From contig CAJINV010000021.1 of assembly GCA_905178155.1 (NCBI GenBank), positions 287,760-351,759 of the forward strand: 64,000 nucleotides of DNA, given 5' to 3'. Every line of letters begins with the position of its first letter. Position 1 is the stretch's first letter. This stretch comes from Amoebophrya sp. A120. Lineage: Eukaryota; Protista; Dinoflagellata. Shown piece after piece: positions 60,836-64,000 of the stretch. Made by a program: the position numbers and the translations under genes. Under the pieces are notes generated by a model. The model had not been told where the DNA came from and did not search any database. It worked only from the letters and a program-made list of their open reading frames with translations.

Positions 60836-63800
60836 ATGCCGAGCGACGGCTATCACACGACCGCATCGGGCGGCGCATCAAGTAGAAATTTGCGACCACC
60901 CTCGACGAACAACAAGAACCACCGATACGACCATGCACAACAACGACAACGCGACGCCCCCTTGTCTTCGGCGTGTCGTGACGGAGGTGATCATGGCGGG
61001 GCGGGGGGACCAGGACCAGCAGCACGAGTTTCCATTTGTTCACGGCAGCCTCAGCAAGAAGCCCAGGGTTTTTACAATCTGTCGCAGCAGCAAGATTTGC
61101 GTACAACCCGTACTACGGGCTTGAATACCAGTAATGGCCAGAATTTATTTTCAGCTTCGGCCCAGCACGACCACGACCACACTTATGGGAGGATGAACCC
61201 CGATGACCTACTGCCCGATTCTTGTCCTCATGTAATCAAGGGGAAGGGGCGGGGCGGTAGTTCACCCGGTAATCATTTTCAGCAGGGACCACCACACCAA
61301 GAGCACTATGGCTATGCAGGTGGCCATACGTCGTCGCAAGGTGGGCCGCCGCGTGCTCCCACTAGTAGCCTCATGATGCACAATCAGCCACAGCACAAGA
61401 AAGTTAGTTATGGAAAAAATGGACAACCAGGCGCTGACTATACGTACCACGATCATGATGCTCCTTCCAACAAGGGCGGGCATGATCATGGCCATGGGGG
61501 GAAAAATAAAGTGAACAAAAACTACGAGGATGGCCCTGCGAAGATTGCTTCGAACGAGTCCTTGAAGATGATGATGACTAAGGGCAAGGGAAAGAACGGG
61601 ACCGCGACTGGTGGCACTGGTATGATTTTTGCTGCATAAATTCAAAACATCAACATAGGTACTTAACTGAATCAGAATCCGTTGCGTATGAAGATTTCTT
61701 GGGCTTCTTGTCCATGAAATAATAGCTGTGCGAGCTTGGTGCAGTCGTTTTTGTGCTCCGTACTAGTTTTTCACTCCTTCTCCCTGATACTGATAGGTGG
61801 CGAAAACTTGCATGATAATGAAACAGTACAGATGGTCGTCGTCTTCCGCGTTCTTGAGACTTTCACCGGAAGCTTCATCTCCTCCAATATTAAATAAAAG
61901 GTGCTTCATTTCTTTTGCCGCAGAAGAACAACATCACGAGCAAGAAAGGTGCTGGCCGAGGAAAGCCTTTGTTTCACCCCGCTGGTAAGGACGTAGGAAG
62001 AGGAAAATCAAAGCACCAGACGGGGGTCACCAACAAAGAATTTTTCTACACACGTCGTGAGGACTGCACGTCGACCAGTGATGGAAAAGGAAATGGCAAC
62101 AGTGATCTTTTCCTTTGCGGCGAAAAGGAAAATTCGACCGGAGCAGTGGTTCCTGCTGTGGTGACAGCAGGCAAGGACTGCGCGTATAACGTGAACCATC
62201 CCGCGAATTACTCAGTGCGGACGAAACTACAAAATGCTATTAGCAACCAGTCTCAGTCAAAGGGAGAACTCCAGGCGGGAGATGGTTCTGAAGGAGGGGC
62301 AGCGGGGGATCACAGGCGGCAGATGCGAGGAGGACACGACCACCAGCCGCAAACGGTAACACAGAAGGAGCAAGTGGTGCCTGCAAAGAGTATCCTCTGC
62401 AAAAGTATCGTCTAATTGTGGCCATACATGTCAGACTCAGATCTGCTTTCTCATTCTCACATGAATCTGAGTGACGAAGTCCACTGACTTTGTTTCCCTC
62501 TTGACAAAAAATGTGATGAAGATGCAGCTGTAAAGTGCTTTTCCTTTTCCACCTCCAGTAAAATAAAGTAGTACGATAGTAATAGTTAACAGTACTTTTG
62601 CATTTGCATAAAGATTGGCTCGAGGCCGCAACTTGTTCCGGAAGTAGATCAAGATCTGCGCATTCGGCAGAAAAAGACCGACTTTATTGTGGTGGCTTCC
62701 ACTAGGCTGCAATCGGGGCTCGAGGAGCCGGAGTTGGAAACACTGGCAGAATATCAAATGCAGAAATGTCTGGGTCTGGAATGTTGCCGGGTTTGTCATG
62801 CATATTTTGCATGACCCAGGAGCAGGATGTCTGTAATGCACGACCTAGCATCACAGATTTTTAGGGGGCTTTCTGGCGCGTATTCCGCATGAGAAATGCC
62901 CTTTCCGTGTGGCACAAAGTAGACTTCTCTTGCTGGTCAGGCAATACAGATTTTTTCAGAGTCCACCAAAGCTAGCATCACAAGTTCCAACCTTCCAGAC
63001 CCAGACACTTTTGCATTTGATACAGAAGAGCTGGGGTTGGACTACATCGTGGAATCTCTCCCACCGCATCCGGAATCGCTGTCCGCTATCTGGTATGCAG
63101 TGCAAAAGCATCGTGCTAGTATAAATTGCAATACAAATTGGCTCAGCATTACAAGTTAAATTTGTGATGCGGATTTCCCTTAGCACTAAGATTTGTATAT
63201 GCATAAATGTACTTCGTTAGAAGTACGAGTGCGATACTTTTGCAGTTCATATCTGGGACCCCGAGGGGATCCGCGTGAGGATCTTGAAGCAATACGTGGC
63301 GGAGCAGGATCAAGATCAACAGCAGCGACAAGGACGTCGCGGGGAGCACCTCGTGCTGATGTGCGGACGAACCACGAGCGGACTTCCCCGGTCATTCAAT
63401 AATCGCCGCGGGGATTCTGCTTCTGGTTCTTGTTTGCGGGCCGCGGACGGACACGGAGTAACATCAAGTACTACTACCTTCGAACGCCGCGGCGGGCGGG
63501 GGAAGAACGCCAACGCGGGTGGTCATGGACGGGGGGAATTGAAACTGCTGATCTGCTGTCTGCAGGGAACCAGTCACATCCAGGCCTTCGCACGGGTCCA
63601 ATACGCGTTCGATCGATTACATCGCATTAACAGTGACGTTTGCCGACGGTTCTCATTTGTTACAGCTGCTCACCAGCAAAGCCGGCTGCTGCGGCGCTCC
63701 ATGGTGATTTCCATCCCGAAGGACATCCTTATGGGACTCTCAAACGTTACATTCTCAACTGTTACATGATTTGTCATGCAAAATGAACATCAACATCCCA

Positions 63801-64000
63801 CAAGGTGAAACTACTTCGCATGACAAATTTTTGAAAGGCTAAACAGCGCCTAAATCTGTGCGGAATTTGTAATGCTACAGGTGCGCCCTCCCTGCTTTGA
63901 CTTTTGCCATTCTTGCATCACAAATTCATGTAACAGTTGAGAATGTACTAACAGTTGAGAACGCCATAATCCTCAGCCAGCAACTGGAGGTCTACAACGT
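60836..64000 (+). CDS. Hypothetical protein, 3'-partial, with a G/H/K-rich N-terminus and four introner introns
   Basis: Open frame reconstructed across the elements: KSIL|CIKIGSRP...LAE|ELGLDY...WYA|VHIWDPEG...LSN|AIILSQQLEVYN. Exon structure at 61620-61923 unresolved. Confidence 0.6.
62398..62602. mobile_element. Decayed introner-like intron, TIR family C
   Basis: tgcaaaagta / tacttttgca ends. Removing element plus 2 nt gives the only long open frame. Confidence 0.7.
62752..63022. mobile_element. Introner-like intron, TIR family A
   Basis: TIR tatcaaatgcagaaatgtctgggtctggaa / ttccagacccagacacttttgcatttgata and perfect direct repeat cagaa. Confidence 0.92.
63101..63244. mobile_element. Introner-like intron, TIR family C
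   Basis: tgcaaaagcatcg / cgatacttttgca, interior homologous to 31457-31623. Removing element plus 1 nt restores the frame. Confidence 0.88.
63748..63959. mobile_element. Introner-like intron with a partly duplicated right TIR
   Basis: 22-bp perfect TIR tacattctcaactgttacatga / tcatgtaacagttgagaatgta (ends 63947), then an extra taacagttgag. Flanks aacgt/aacgc. Confidence 0.82.

Noticed and set aside
1-64000. Alternative genetic code or frameshifting to explain broken ORFs
   Set aside because: Nearly all breaks in recognisable genes are explained by GT-AG introns or TIR-bounded insertions.

Overview
Eukaryotic, intron-rich DNA with long low-complexity proteins, most consistent with the parasitic dinoflagellate relative Amoebophrya (Syndiniales). 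This assignment is inferred from the non-canonical inverted-repeat introns and a dinoflagellate-type V-x-N-T-F motif. All reconstructable genes are on the + strand: a P5-type ATPase, 3-ketodihydrosphingosine reductase, a small Cys-rich protein, LSm7, a ~4,900-aa orphan protein, a Mei2-like RRM protein, a TMEM145/GPR180-like protein, a TLC/NTT-like nucleotide transporter and a partial unknown gene. There is also a 5'-truncated RTE-like LINE fragment. The dominant feature is about 15 terminal-inverted-repeat (TIR) introner-like elements inside coding sequence. Most have TA(T)...(A)TA ends and a 5-bp direct repeat, and their removal restores the reading frame. Three things stand out. (1) A common internal motif, GCATNACAAA/TTTGTNATGC, is shared by families with unrelated TIRs. 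(2) One family sits in both orientations in same-strand genes. (3) A second class of larger TIR elements is followed by 46-54-bp duplications of the upstream exon; one of them carries a regular palindromic array that superficially resembles CRISPR. Splice junctions were reconstructed by eye and are not confirmed by transcripts.
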